Below, piece after piece: positions 23,976 through 36,583 of a stretch of DNA of 64,000 bases. The stretch comes from Rhizophagus irregularis (lineage: Eukaryota), in assembly GCF_026210795.1 (NCBI RefSeq), contig NC_089429.1, positions 868,001-932,000 of the forward strand, in the 5' to 3' direction. Numbering within the stretch: the first letter of the stretch is position 1; the number at the start of each line of letters is the position of its first letter. A program made the translations under genes and the position numbers. Below the pieces are notes generated by a model. It made no database searches. It saw only the letters and a list, made by a program, of their open reading frames with translations, and was not told the DNA's origin.

Positions 23976-25160
23976 TTACCAAAGTATTTCATTGAAAAAT
24001 TCTTTTAATACCAAATCTGACATAAAGAAGAGAAGAATGATAATAATTTTTTGGTCTTGAAAAACCACACTGTCCACACACTTTAACTAGTTTTTCTTAT
24101 ATTAACTTAGTTATTATTCATAATTTTTATTCGATTAAAAATGATTCATAATTGTAATAATTTTAATTTCTTTATACACGTTACATATAAAACAATTATT
24201 AAAAGAATAACTATTTAAAATAATTTTTATCAGCTTGTTTTATTATTTCTATTGTAAAGAATCAAATGCTGTAATGCTTTTTATAAAAAAGTCTATTTGA
24301 CAAATCTATTTTTAAAAAAATGGTATGGTACAAATAAAATACATCTAATTATCTATCTAATTATTTCTCATAATCTTTTGATTGAACTATATTATGATCG
24401 AGTTTCCACAAAATATAATAAACTAATAAAGTGCTATCTACTGGAGTATGAATTTCGGAAACATTTTAAACTCTAACTCGCTCATAAATTAGTAAACTCC
24501 ATCCCTATCTTTTATTTACCTAATATTTTTTTCTGATTATTTAAATTATTCTCTAATAGTGATTAATACAAATTATTTCTCAAATACTTTTTTGTTATTA
24601 TTAAAAACAATCTTCAAGATAATTTTATTCAGAATTTGATTTGTCAAAAATAAAGGACCATTTTATTTTCAAAAGGATAAGAGCCAAGAATTTGGTTTTA
24701 AAGAATAGGAATGATTTCACTGGTAATTATTATAAAGATCAAGTGAAGAATTTTGATTATTCGTGACGTTAACCAATATAAATACCACCGTACTATTCTA
24801 ATAATATTAGTCGATGCAAGAATTATACATATTAAATCAACCATGTTGTAACACCCAAATTTTTATGATCGATATATTATAAATTGAGGTGCAGCTTAAT
24901 CTTTGAATTATAATTCCGGCCAAAATTTCCTTAATTCTGGCCAAATTCGTAATGCCGGCTTAAAATCGGTTAAAATTGAAAATGCGCAGTGATTGATATT
25001 GTAAATAAACTTACAACTTTATACTCGAAAAGAAATATTAAAATTTGACCTTCATGGTTATTTATTTGTAAATTTATAATAAATAAATATATATATACGT
25101 ATTTATGAATCATACTATTTAAATAAAAAATGTCTATTTCAATTATTACTATAAATTGTT

Positions 25161-27882
25161 CTAAAGTTCTGTCTGTATAGCTGATAATAATGTTCTTACA
25201 AATTCACAAAGAGTACTATAAGTTGGTTCTTTTCCAAGTATAGTATCAACCGTCCAATTAACGACATCGCCACTTTCGAGAGTTATATTTTGTTCAAAGG
25301 CTTCATTGTGTTTTTCACTAAATACCTATATTTTCGATTTTTTTAATTATAATTATTATTTTATAAATAATTAATAATCATAAATAAATATCTCACCTCG
25401 ATGGTATAATAAACATCTCTATCATCTCCGGTGGCCTCGCCTAATCCTTTATTAGTTTTAGGTTTTTCGCTAACCTTTAGTCTCTCAACGCGAGTTAATT
25501 GATAAGTAAAAGTTTCGCTAACTTTCTTTGTCGTAGATTTTTTGAAATCAATAGACTTGACTTCAAGATATCTAACGAGTGTGTCAAATGCTGTTCCTCT
25601 TTTACTTTTGATCTTCTTATCAACATTTTCATATGCGATCGTTGAAACTTCATTTGGGTTAACTGATATCCTTTTGCTAAATGTAGTAAATGGTTCTACA
25701 TCATGACGAATAGCACGTCTTGTGGCTAAATTTATCGCAATATCAGATTTTCTGAATAAAAAAATTCAAAAATTTTAAAAGATAATCATTATTTAAAAAC
25801 GATAAAAAAAATTAAATCTTACAAATTTAACATTGTCCAATCTATGTTTACAAGAGGTTCCCATTCTGATCCAACTTTAACTAAAGAAGCGTTGGCTCTA
25901 TTAACACGCATGTAAACTTCACTAAATTCATCATTTGGCGAATTTCTTGCATCCGCTTTTATTTCAAAATACTCTGTATAATCCTTTTTTTTATCCGGAC
26001 TAAAAAAACTATCGAATCTCTTATAGGTCGAGTTATCGTGTGTCACACTACGAAATATTTTATAAACGTTTTATTTAATAAATTTCGAATTTTTTTTTTT
26101 TTAAAAAAAAATATATAAAAAAATAAATTGAAGAACTCACTCTTCATCAAATCTTGATTTGATATCATATTTTGAAATTATACTTTCCAAATCATTAAAA
26201 TTCCAAAGTTTTCCTTTAACTTCATCAGTTTTACTGAACATCGATTTCCCCAAGCTAATTAAATAATTAATTGAGGTTAACCATATTTTTTGAAATAATA
26301 TCCTTTAAAATTTATTTACCTTCCATAAAAACGTACTTCTCCTTGATGTACGCGCACATACTCTAGTCTTAATATGTAAAATATGATGGATTAATATCAA
26401 ATGGTATTAGAATATAATGTATTATTAAATTGATATTAAATACCCTTTTGTCAGCACATCGCTCATCCTAGCGAGATTATAACCCTTAATCCTTTAATAA
26501 TAATATAAAGTAAGTAATAATGAATAATTTAACAACAATTAATAAAATAAAATGTAACATACTTTTTATCGAGAGCCAACCTTTCAGAATTTTCCAAACT
26601 TTTCGAATTAGGTTCATTTATATGGTGCGAAAGTATACAAACATCATTAAAATAATCCATTGCTGCATCTTTAAAATATGGATGATTGTTAGGGAGACGG
26701 AAACCGACTTTGAAATGTGCATGTACGTTTGAAAAATGTACTAGTGGAACGCGTTTATGGTTAAAAGTTTCTCGAAGCTGATTTTAAAGGTAAATAAAAA
26801 GTTAAATAATGGATCAACATTTTTAAGTCAATTATTACAATGTTAACTTAAAAATTTTCATACATAATTATTTTCTATTTGTCTTAATTTACGTTTCGCC
26901 TTTTCAACATCTTTACGTTTACCTTGGATGAATTCTATCCTCTATAAAGAAATTTCAAATAAAATTAATGTTATGGAAACGTAAAAATTAATATACACAC
27001 TTAATAAATACAGTATATAATTACTCTGTCATCATATGAGATTTCACCATTAACATTACAACTTTTACAAATATCTCTCCAATAATCGACATGGGTAAAT
27101 GGTCTCCATTGATTCGTTCCAAATAAACCATCTAACTCGGCAGGTATTCTTATTTGAGGATTAAATCTGTATAATCCTACTAAACCTACAGGAATTTCTT
27201 CTTCCTTTTTTTCAATCATAAGAGGAACAGTTTCCTTCATAGGTGGAGGTTTACCAGGAGCTGATTTTTCAAATTTGGGTTCTTTTTTCTTATAACGAGG
27301 CACGGCATAGCTTTGCTTTTCAGACTATGAATATAAAATACATACCAAGGATGTATTGTTAAGACTAAATTTAAAAGTATAAAACGTAATTATAATTTTT
27401 TTTACATACCTTTGACTTGAGAAGTTCGAATATATGATCACGCCTATTACAGTAAATAATTATTAATTAATATTAACTATTTATTTAAAATTAAAAATAT
27501 ATTACAACTTACGTTTTATTTAATTCATCATAGTCGGTGCCTTTTATATCGAATAACTGTCAGTTTAAAAAAAATATATATATATTATTATATATACAGT
27601 ATATAAGCCATGTATATGTAATATTGTATATTCCGAAAGTAATAAATATGCTAATACATAAATTACATAAATGCAAACCTTCTTTTCCCTTATGTATTCG
27701 ACTTTCACACCATGAGCATCCTCAAGTTTTCTATCAAAAAAATTTATAAATAAATAAAAGGGTATAGTTACAAAAAAAGTAAATATAACTTACCGACATT
27801 CCCCCTCTATTGAATTAATTTCTTCCTCACTATACGCCCAAAATGTTATAATACTGTATGAAATTTCTTCCGTATTTTCCAT
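25161..27882 (-). CDS. Multi-exon (~13 exons) hypothetical protein with possible KH-like segments
   Basis: ATG at 27882 (MENTEEISYSIITFW). Successive GT-AG bounded exons checked by eye give sensible reading frames (e.g. RIEFIQGKRKDVEKAKRKL, GEVRFYGSLGKSMF). TAG at 25161-25163 after LSAIQTEL. Confidence 0.75.
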
Positions 27883-28957
27883 TTTTTTTTTATAAAATAT
27901 TTTTATTAGTTGATATTTTAAGGTTAGAAGGCGGAATTTTATGTATTTATATATTTTTTTTTGTACCAATTATAAATCACGTGAAACAGGGATTGATACA
28001 TATTTTCGGTTAGATTAGATTATATAAACAACAATAACCAACAATACTAACAATAACATAATAATATATGCACCTTGTCAATCTCCCCAATTTCGAGAAC
28101 AAATACAACAAAAACAAAAAGTAGACCATTTATCCCAAAAGTTTATAACAATAAATTACTAGTAGATATGAAAACAAAAGTATAAATAATAATCTAGAAT
28201 AAAAACCAATGACAAAATATTGCCATTTAATACAAGAAAAGAAATCCAAAAAACAAATCTGTTTAGTAACTTAGTATAACATTTTTAAAGTTTAATCCTT
28301 TATGACCGTTTTAAAAATTGTTTCGTATTTTATTAATTGTTAATTCGCCGTTCATACAAAGTTCATTAGTCAGAAGTATAACGAAGGACTACGTTTGATG
28401 ACGTCATGTCCGGACGTCTGATAATTCCCAATTAATTCTGCTCATCTCAGAAACTGAACCTATTTTCCTTAGATAACAGATTTTGTAATTTAACTACTAC
28501 TTCGTGCGGACTTAATAACGGTTTACATTTTCCTACAAATCTTACAAAGTATAAAGCATGAAGGTGTAAAAAAGAGTATAGACTAAGGACTATGACGATC
28601 TGGGTCAGATGATATTCATATCACCTAAATTGGTAAGCTTGCATGAAATATTTTCATATGAAACATTCAGCCACATAACTTGATTTTTATGATTAACTTA
28701 CCGGATTTTTTAATTACTTGTACTGTACATTTTCAATATTAAAATGGTTGACTAAATTGCCACATTTTTTTTATTGTTCCTTAATTATAGAAAAATTATT
28801 TAAACTAATTCCTTAATTGTAATAATATTGTTGAATTAAATTTTCGCAATTAAAAAGAGCCCATTTTATAATTGATCATAAAGGCCATGGAAGAAATAAC
28901 ATTATGTACCGTATAATCAAAATATATAATATGATAATTACTGATTGCCACTGCATA

Positions 28958-30260
28958 CAGTACCCGGGTCTATACTTGCCGCCCAAATAAATGGGATGGG
29001 ACTTGGGAGTCCCAACCCATCCCATCCCAAATCCCATTTAATATATAATAATATTTATTTATTTTATGTGAAGCTGGAGGATAATATTTATCCTATAATT
29101 GCCAAAAATTAAAAATCACGTGACTCCGGCGAATAAATAGCAAAAACCTTTTTTTTAACATAAAATTTTTTCAATATAATACTCTTAAAAGATTTATTTT
29201 TTAATTCTTTATAATTTTTTTGTTTTGTAAAGTATTATCCTATTAAGCATTCATATTATTAATATTATTATCGTATAATCTGTAATTAATCAAAAGATAT
29301 CATATCTTATAGTGTATATGCTAATAATTTAAATTTAAATTAGAAAACTAAGTCCTTTTTTATTGAATGCCAAGCCATTTTAATTAAATACTAAGCATTT
29401 TTTTGTTAAATACAAAGCCATTTTGTTAAATCCTAAGCTTTCATTTTTGTTAAACACTAAGCCACTTTTGTTAAATGCTAACATTTTTTGTTAAATACGA
29501 AGCCTTTTTTGTTAAACACTAAGCCTCTTTTGTTAAATGCTAACATTTTATGTTAAATATTAAGTCATTTTTATTAAATTTTAAGCCTTTTTTTATTAAG
29601 TACCAAGCCACTTTCTGTTAAATATTTAATTCTTAATTAATCAAAGTAGAATAAATCAGCTAAAAATAAAAATTCTGATTAATATAATATCAGTTACTAA
29701 TCATTACAAATCAGTATTTTTCTGATTTATAGTTATTGCAATTTATAATTGATAGCAGATATTGATGTTAATTAAAGTTCTAATTTATAGCTAATTCTAA
29801 ATTAATCCTAATATGATTTTTTACTTCAATTAAAAGCTTTTTTGTTTAATAAAATTTGGCTTAATACTGATAATTTGGCTTAGTTTCAAATACTTGCATC
29901 ATCATTAAATAATGGAATTGACTTATTTGATGATAATGACCTTGAAGTTAATTTTGAAATATTAATGTGATCGAAGAAATTGTAGATTTAGAAGGAATAA
30001 ATAATCAAGAACTAGAAATTACAAATTTTATTGATTTATCAATAAGTTTATTAAATAATAATAATAAGGATGAAAAAGAAGATGAAGTAAGTATAATGAA
30101 CCATGGTCCATGAAGACTTAAATTTTGATGTTGATGAATTAATAAATAAGTTTGATGAATCAGTTTAATTAGTTTTCTATATTTATTATTTATTATATAG
30201 ATAAATTTTTTATCATTTTAATAGATAGGTTAAAATAAAGTTTAAAATATTACATTTTGT
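28958..30260 (+). mobile_element. Decayed, internally deleted DNA-transposon remnant (hAT-like architecture)
   Basis: Quasi-palindromic TGGGAT/ATCCCA cluster at 28989-29039. Array of TTTTGTTAAATACTAAGCC-like units at 29350-29625. Acidic coding remnant ending NFDVDELINKFDESV*. Termini not resolved. Confidence 0.35.
29059..29080 (-). mobile_element. 22-bp 5'-truncated retroposed insertion related to the 3' tail of elements A/B
   Basis: TTATTTTATGTGAAGCTGGAGG matches TTATTTTATGTGAAGCCGGACA of copy A. Flanked by 11-bp direct repeat ATAATATTTAT (29048-29058, 29081-29091). Confidence 0.7.
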
Positions 30261-31803
30261 TATAAAAGTTTATAATTTTGTAATGCGTTTTATAATAACA
30301 ATGCAACATTAAAAAATTAATTCCAAAACACCGGCGAGTAAGACTGAATATCGAATTTCACTAACTGAAGACGCTCTCAATAATCCAACCGAATTGCGTG
30401 AGAATGCATGTGAAGAGGATTTTAATGTTATAGTAGATTTGTTAAAAGATAGTTATCCATTAGATAACTTGCATCTAAGAAAGCGTCGCGCGGAAGAAAA
30501 AATCAAAAAAATAATCGTGTATATTAGAAAATTATGTATCACGGGCTGTGACAAGTCATTTGTATTTATTTTTGCGTGGTGCGTCGTTCTATTACTGTAT
30601 TGATAAAAATTTTTCTTGCATACCATCGGTCCCACAAATTTATTGACAATTTGAATAATATTCAAAAAAATATTATCAATAATTTCATCAGAACTTGAAT
30701 TATTGAAGCAACTCATTACCGAGCTTGAGACTGAACGCGAAGTTGAAACAAATTATAGAAGAAATCTCCGGGCGCGAAGCTAAGATTACTGAACTCTCGT
30801 CTAGAGTCAGCATATGATTACTGAGCTTAAGACCAAAGTTTCGAAATCAGAACAGGATTACTCTGCGGTGATTGAGACTTGGGCAAATATAAAGTATAAC
30901 AATCACGGTTCAGTTTCAGCAAGTACGATCACATACTAGACAGATATAGCAATTGGTATAACTATAGGAAAGGTACTTCTCGCAGGTATTGAACATCCAC
31001 CGTACAGTCTTTATTATGAGTTGTCCAGAGAAATACAACCTAAATGGTTATGTATGGTCATACTAATAGCATCCATATTGTATTACTAAAAAACTATCAC
31101 CAATCGTATAATTATTTCTCACTCTATATATCTCTCGTTAACTTAGGAGATGTCTTTAATTACTAGATAAATACTTAAAAATAAAAAGGGAATAAATTTA
31201 TCGCAAAATTATAAAAGAATTTTTTTTCATATATATTGTTACTTTTATAAAGTTGATAAAATGTGCACGACAGATTACAAAGCGTATAATAGATAATTAT
31301 ATCAAAGCAAGAAATTCGGGGTTAAAACTGTCATATTGGCAAAAAATAAATGTTTATAAATGATACTCCATAGAAATGTAACGCATTCATGGAAATTAAA
31401 CGGTCAAAATTAATATAAAGTATAAAATTTTTGTTCTCAATAATCCGACACGTTGCAATTCGAAATTTAAAAATCTAAAAGTAATCAATACAACATCACA
31501 CTATATTGCTATATAACATTCGGAATTTCGGATACCGAATTATCTATCACGATAACTTAAAGCTGAAATCCTGCACCAAATAAGAAAGTGATTATAATGC
31601 GTGATTGTGATTGAACATTTCTTTCACCTCATGGAAAAAAAAAATAAATTATATTAAAAATAAACCCTTAATAATCTTTAATAATCATAAAAAATCGAGA
31701 AAATTAATAAGTGATAAAAAAATTAGGCGTTAAATTTCTTAAAAATGAGGCGGATCAGAATGTTCTCCTACTTTCCATTAAACGTAAAAATATTATTCAA
31801 ACC

Positions 31804-31990
31804 CATATTCTAACCTCGATATACCGATATTCGATATACCGATATATTATTAAAAACTTGATATACCGATAAAATTTTATTTTCCCACTATATGTGAGGA
31901 CATATAATATCGGTATAACTTTGATATAACGATATTTCCTAAAAATTCCATATATGTCCCGACATATCGTTATACAAAGGTTTGACTGTA
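31804..31990. mobile_element. Tc1/mariner-pogo-like MITE
   Basis: Right end GGTTTGACTG|TA, degenerate left end, repeated CGATATA(A/C)CGAT motifs. Inverted homologue at 34299-34448. Confidence 0.6.
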
Positions 31991-32310
31991 ACCTCATTTA
32001 ATGAACTGAATGTTATTTGCTGTTCTAATTCTTCTAAATCATCATGTTTGTTTCATCGGCAATGGAAATTTGTTCGTCAGCCTCCTCAATAGGCGATTTG
32101 TCCAAGCATTGTGATTTACTATCAGAGAATACAGTTGCGGAGGAACCTTTTGTGGTTTTAATCTGAGTTCCTCTGTTTGACCTTGCAATCTCCGAATATT
32201 GCGAATTTGATGATGGTGATGTGTTTTCGAACGTGACCTTGAAAAATTAGAACCAACAGCCAACGTTCTGTCAATTCTCATTAAAAAATTACCTCGTCCC
32301 GATCTCTTCT

Positions 32311-32869
32311 TGTCATAAGTTTCACTCCACTGCTTATATTTTTAACGGTTCCTCCATTTACCACAGTCCCGTATTTAGATTCGGTTAGTGGATGTGAATT
32401 TGTTTTTGCGTGCGCTTCTTTTCGCTTTTGTACGATCTGGTTTAAGACCTTAGCGTGGAAATTCTGGAAATTAATAATAATTCTTAACTAATATTTCCTA
32501 TCCCACTAGGACATCAGCCAACCTAGCAGGCCAACTGTGCCTTAGTGAATCCAATGCTGGATCAGCTAGCAGCCTTTGGCATCAGATAACCTAACAAGTT
32601 ACCTATGCGCCAGCATCAGTTTCGTGGCTCAGCTAACAGCCTTGAATGACCGACAACCTAGCAGGCCCCCGCTCACATCACGACTTAAAGAACTTTTACT
32701 TACTAGTATAAATCCGTCGAGAAGCGATTGCGCTTTTATACTCCTCTCTCCTTGCGATGGGTTTTGAGACTTTTTGTGTATCTATCTATCTTTGTGTCCA
32801 CACTCGTTTAAGAAATCAATAATACCCAAGTCTCAGGATTTCGTTTAAAATATTCATGATCTCTTGACA
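32311..32869. mobile_element. Possible solo or truncated LTR
   Basis: GC-richer 559-bp block bounded by TGTCA...TGACA with an internal TATAAA. No TSD found. Confidence 0.3.
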
Positions 32870-34298
32870 TGACTAATACACGTTTTTTTGTAGAGTATAA
32901 CTTTTACGCTTTAAACAAAATGAAATAACGGTATATATGAAGCCGATTGGGATCATCCACCGCTATATGCTTATGGTAACACAGGTGACATATTATGCAG
33001 GTGACATATAGAGATCAGACCACTCAAAAAAAAGTCGTTGAGATAAATATAAACAACGCGAACGAGGCAGTCAACGTGAACGGTGACGGTTAGACATCAG
33101 AGGGTGGTGTGGTAAGATTATTCAGCCGATTATTGCACAAATCCAGTAACATGCCAATCGGGGAATAATTTTTTCTGATGTCACAAAGTCCAAAATGTGA
33201 AACGTATGTATTATCTAATAACACATTCTAACCTGATACCAATGGTAAAAGTTTTCGATGAAAATTTCTGAAGTGTGCGAAATTTTATTGACTTTTCAGA
33301 TATATAACTAATCAGAGTAGCGAGAGAAATATATAATGCTATCAAAGAGGGAGGGAGTACGCGGATCCCAGGTAATTTAATGCGAGTCCCAGCATCAAAT
33401 TATTCTCACATTTACGGAAAATATCTATAGCTAATTTGTTTCTATTACTAATATTTCTAACTACAAGATTTTCCTTTTTCTACATTAGATTTTCGAAATA
33501 AATTTCCCACATACAGTATCTACAGAATTTGCGATAACAAAAAAAAACCTTCTTCTCGGTAAAACGATCTTAACAAAAAAAAGAAAAGAAAAATTATTTG
33601 TTTATTTATTTTTTTATTTATTCAAAATTTTTGGAAATCCGGAATGTAAAGAAGGACTATATTATTTTCTAACCAGGAAGAAATATATTATTATATGCAA
33701 AATATTAAACCATAATTAGTTTATACCATTTGCGTCACCTTTTAATTTTAAGAGCGCGTGGGGCATGTTGAACTTTATTAAATAGGCCAGCCATGCAAAC
33801 CGGTAAAGACGGTATCGGTGGTTGCTTATTGAAATTTGATTACTTTAGGAAAGAAAAAAAGTGATAAAAACCTTTTCCTTCATTAATAATCCGATAAAAA
33901 AAAAATACGTAAAATAAACTTAAAGTGAGGCACTCTTCTAAAAAAAGTATGATTTATGAAATTATGCATGAAATAAAAACGTGACAAACTATGAAACAGT
34001 CACACAGCGTTTGATTATATTTAATATTTAGACCAAAAAGAGAAACTATAGTAACGCCATATTAGATTTTCACGCGGCTTATGCTCCATATATACGATAA
34101 AAAATGGTTGTACAACAGCTTTTCTTGGAATTTAAACAAAAATTGTAAAGTGAAAGTTAATCCGGTTAATGATATCCGGAGGATCATCCGGATGAAATAA
34201 AGTTTCTTTTCCGAAGCTTCGATTTATCAAATTTTAATTTCATGAAGTTGACTAACGAGTAACGACTACACGATTGACGGTCGTACATAGTTTATAGT

Positions 34299-34448
34299 TA
34301 CATTCAAACTCCGATATAACGATATGTATCCATATAAAATATCGTCACATCAATATTTATACGCTCTCTCATATAGTGAGAAAGTAAAATTTTATCGTTA
34401 TATCGAGGTTTTAATAGTCGAATATCGTTATATTTAAGTCTGACTGTA
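34299..34448. mobile_element. Tc1/mariner-pogo-like MITE
   Basis: TA|CATTCAAACT.CGATATAACGAT ... ATCGTTATAT..AGTCTGACTG|TA. Internal sequence is the reverse-complement homologue of 31804-31990. Confidence 0.65.
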
Positions 34449-34963
34449 TACTTTTTATTTTCTTCTTTATTGAGACAAATGATATCATTTATAATTTATC
34501 GATTATCATTGAAGTTTTCTTTTGAGAATTGTAAGAATAAATAGAAACATGAAATAAAAATTATGCATGGTGCTAAATCAAATATAATTATTATGGTATG
34601 TATCGAAAAATAAACTTTTAACCAATAAATTTTAAAGATTCATATGATCGTTTAAAAATTCGGATAGGATTAACCCGGATAAAACCTAATTTAATGAATG
34701 TATCCGGATTAACGATCCGGATTTGCATCCGAATTGCCTAAATAGATTTTTGTCACAGTGACGTGATTTTAGGACACGATTACTAAGGGGGGGGGCATCC
34801 GGAATTTACTTAAATTAACTAAAAAAAGGAACGATTTACAAATTTTTTTATTGCAGGTCATATTGTTGCCTTTTTATGGAATATTTAATAAATTGTACTC
34901 GAAAATTGATAAATTTGCATCCATTGTGAAATGAAAGCAAACTCTTTTTTTTCTTCAACCAAC

Positions 34964-36583
34964 ATGACATGTTCAAAAATATTTTCAGGAGATTTACCAG
35001 AATTAACAAATGAAATTATACAACATTTTAGAAAAGATTTTTCAACATTACATTCGTGTATTTTAGTTAATAGATTTTGGTGTCGTTTAGCGATTCCATT
35101 ATTATGGGAAAGTCCTTTTTCAATTCCTACTCGAAATTGTCATTATATTGAAGTTTACTTACGCCATTTAAATGATGAAGGTAAAGCAAAATTTAATGAA
35201 TATGGAATCAATAATGATTTATTAAGTTCAAATACATTATTCAACTATCCCAGTTTTATCAAACATTTAAATATAAGTAGCATTTATTTTTCTATTAAAG
35301 AGTGGGTTGGTACTTTGGTGATTAAGAATAATGAAAAACTAGAAAAATTAGTTTATAGATCATTATTTGAAGTGTTCCTTGAAAATGAAGGAATTTTAAA
35401 TTCTTTTGAAATTGTGATGTTTATGAATATTGTAAATTTTAATGATACTATGGAATTAATTTTACAAAATCCAAATTTTATATATAATATTAGAAATTTA
35501 AAATTTCATACCTATAATATTTCATTTCAAAACATCGTTCCTTTTTTAAAATTTTTATGTTCTAATTGCAATTTAATCACATCACTTCATTTTTATTTTT
35601 ATTTTGCTTTATCTAATATTAATGATTTTTCATTAATTGAAAAATATTTATCACAGATAATTATGTCACAACATAATCTCAAAATAATTTCATTTGGATC
35701 TAGTAATGCTATTTTATATCACCCATTTTTATCATTAAAAAATTCTAATTGTTCAAATACTTTAAATACGATTATATTTGATAATATTGATTTTAAAAAT
35801 ATAATTACTATTTTAAAAAAAGTATTCGATCATCTGAATGTTTTAGATTCTATTCATATCCTTTATTGTGATTCTTTGAATTCCGATTTTGTTCAACAAA
35901 TCATTAAGGTTATTAAACCTTTTAAATTGAGATCTTTATTTATGAAGGAAATATTATACATTGAATCATTACATTTGTTATTACAAAAATGTGGAGATTA
36001 TTTAGAAAATTTTGAATTTGGATCTATGCGTGAAGAATATGAAGAATCAAGACAACAATTTCTTAAATTAATTATGAAATATTGTACAAAAATTAGACGC
36101 TTTACTTCAACTATGCCTGATGATAATAATATTTATCAATTAATTGAAAATACTAAACAAACCATTAATTATCTTACTATTGATAATTATTATGACGAAT
36201 TAGGTTCAATTGTATTACAAAACTTGGGTCAAGTTCTTCCTTTTAAATTAGAATATTTACGATTATCACTTTCATTTAATTCAAATGATTTTGAAATATT
36301 TTTAAAAAATTCTCAAAATACTTTTATTAAGAAATTATTAATTAGTAATATGATGCAAAATGAAAGTGTAAGTATTTTATTTTATATAAAAAAATATATT
36401 ATGAGAAGGGAAAGGGTTAAATATTTGGCTTTTTCGGAATTTTTTCCTGATATTGATACGGATGAAGAATTGTTTTTTTTAGAACATGAAGTAAATGAAT
36501 TTAAATTACATAATATTATAGTTCAAAAATATTCTGATTTATATATTTCTGTATATAATATTATTTACAATTTTAATAAGTAA
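34964..36583 (+). CDS. F-box-like / LRR protein (~539 aa from MTCSKIFSGDLPEL; an in-frame upstream ATG lies at 34931)
   Basis: LPELTNEIIQHFRKDFSTLHSCILVNRFWCRLAIPLLWE. Paralogue of 59257-60900, where the equivalent upstream ATG is out of frame. Confidence 0.87.
   Translation: MTCSKIFSGDLPELTNEIIQHFRKDFSTLHSCILVNRFWCRLAIPLLWESPFSIPTRNCHYIEVYLRHLNDEGKAKFNEYGINNDLLSSNTLFNYPSFIKHLNISSIYFSIKEWVGTLVIKNNEKLEKLVYRSLFEVFLENEGILNSFEIVMFMNIVNFNDTMELILQNPNFIYNIRNLKFHTYNISFQNIVPFLKFLCSNCNLITSLHFYFYFALSNINDFSLIEKYLSQIIMSQHNLKIISFGSSNAILYHPFLSLKNSNCSNTLNTIIFDNIDFKNIITILKKVFDHLNVLDSIHILYCDSLNSDFVQQIIKVIKPFKLRSLFMKEILYIESLHLLLQKCGDYLENFEFGSMREEYEESRQQFLKLIMKYCTKIRRFTSTMPDDNNIYQLIENTKQTINYLTIDNYYDELGSIVLQNLGQVLPFKLEYLRLSLSFNSNDFEIFLKNSQNTFIKKLLISNMMQNESVSILFYIKKYIMRRERVKYLAFSEFFPDIDTDEELFFLEHEVNEFKLHNIIVQKYSDLYISVYNIIYNFNK

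Noticed and set aside
30330..31150. Possible gene around the ORFs at 30394-30716
   Set aside because: Fragmented frames with no diagnostic motif; likely a decayed repeat-borne gene but not classifiable by eye.
32577..32590. TGGCATCAGA as a tRNA-iMet primer-binding site
   Set aside because: It mismatches the TGGTATCAGAGC consensus, lies inside rather than next to the putative LTR, and no gag/pol follows.
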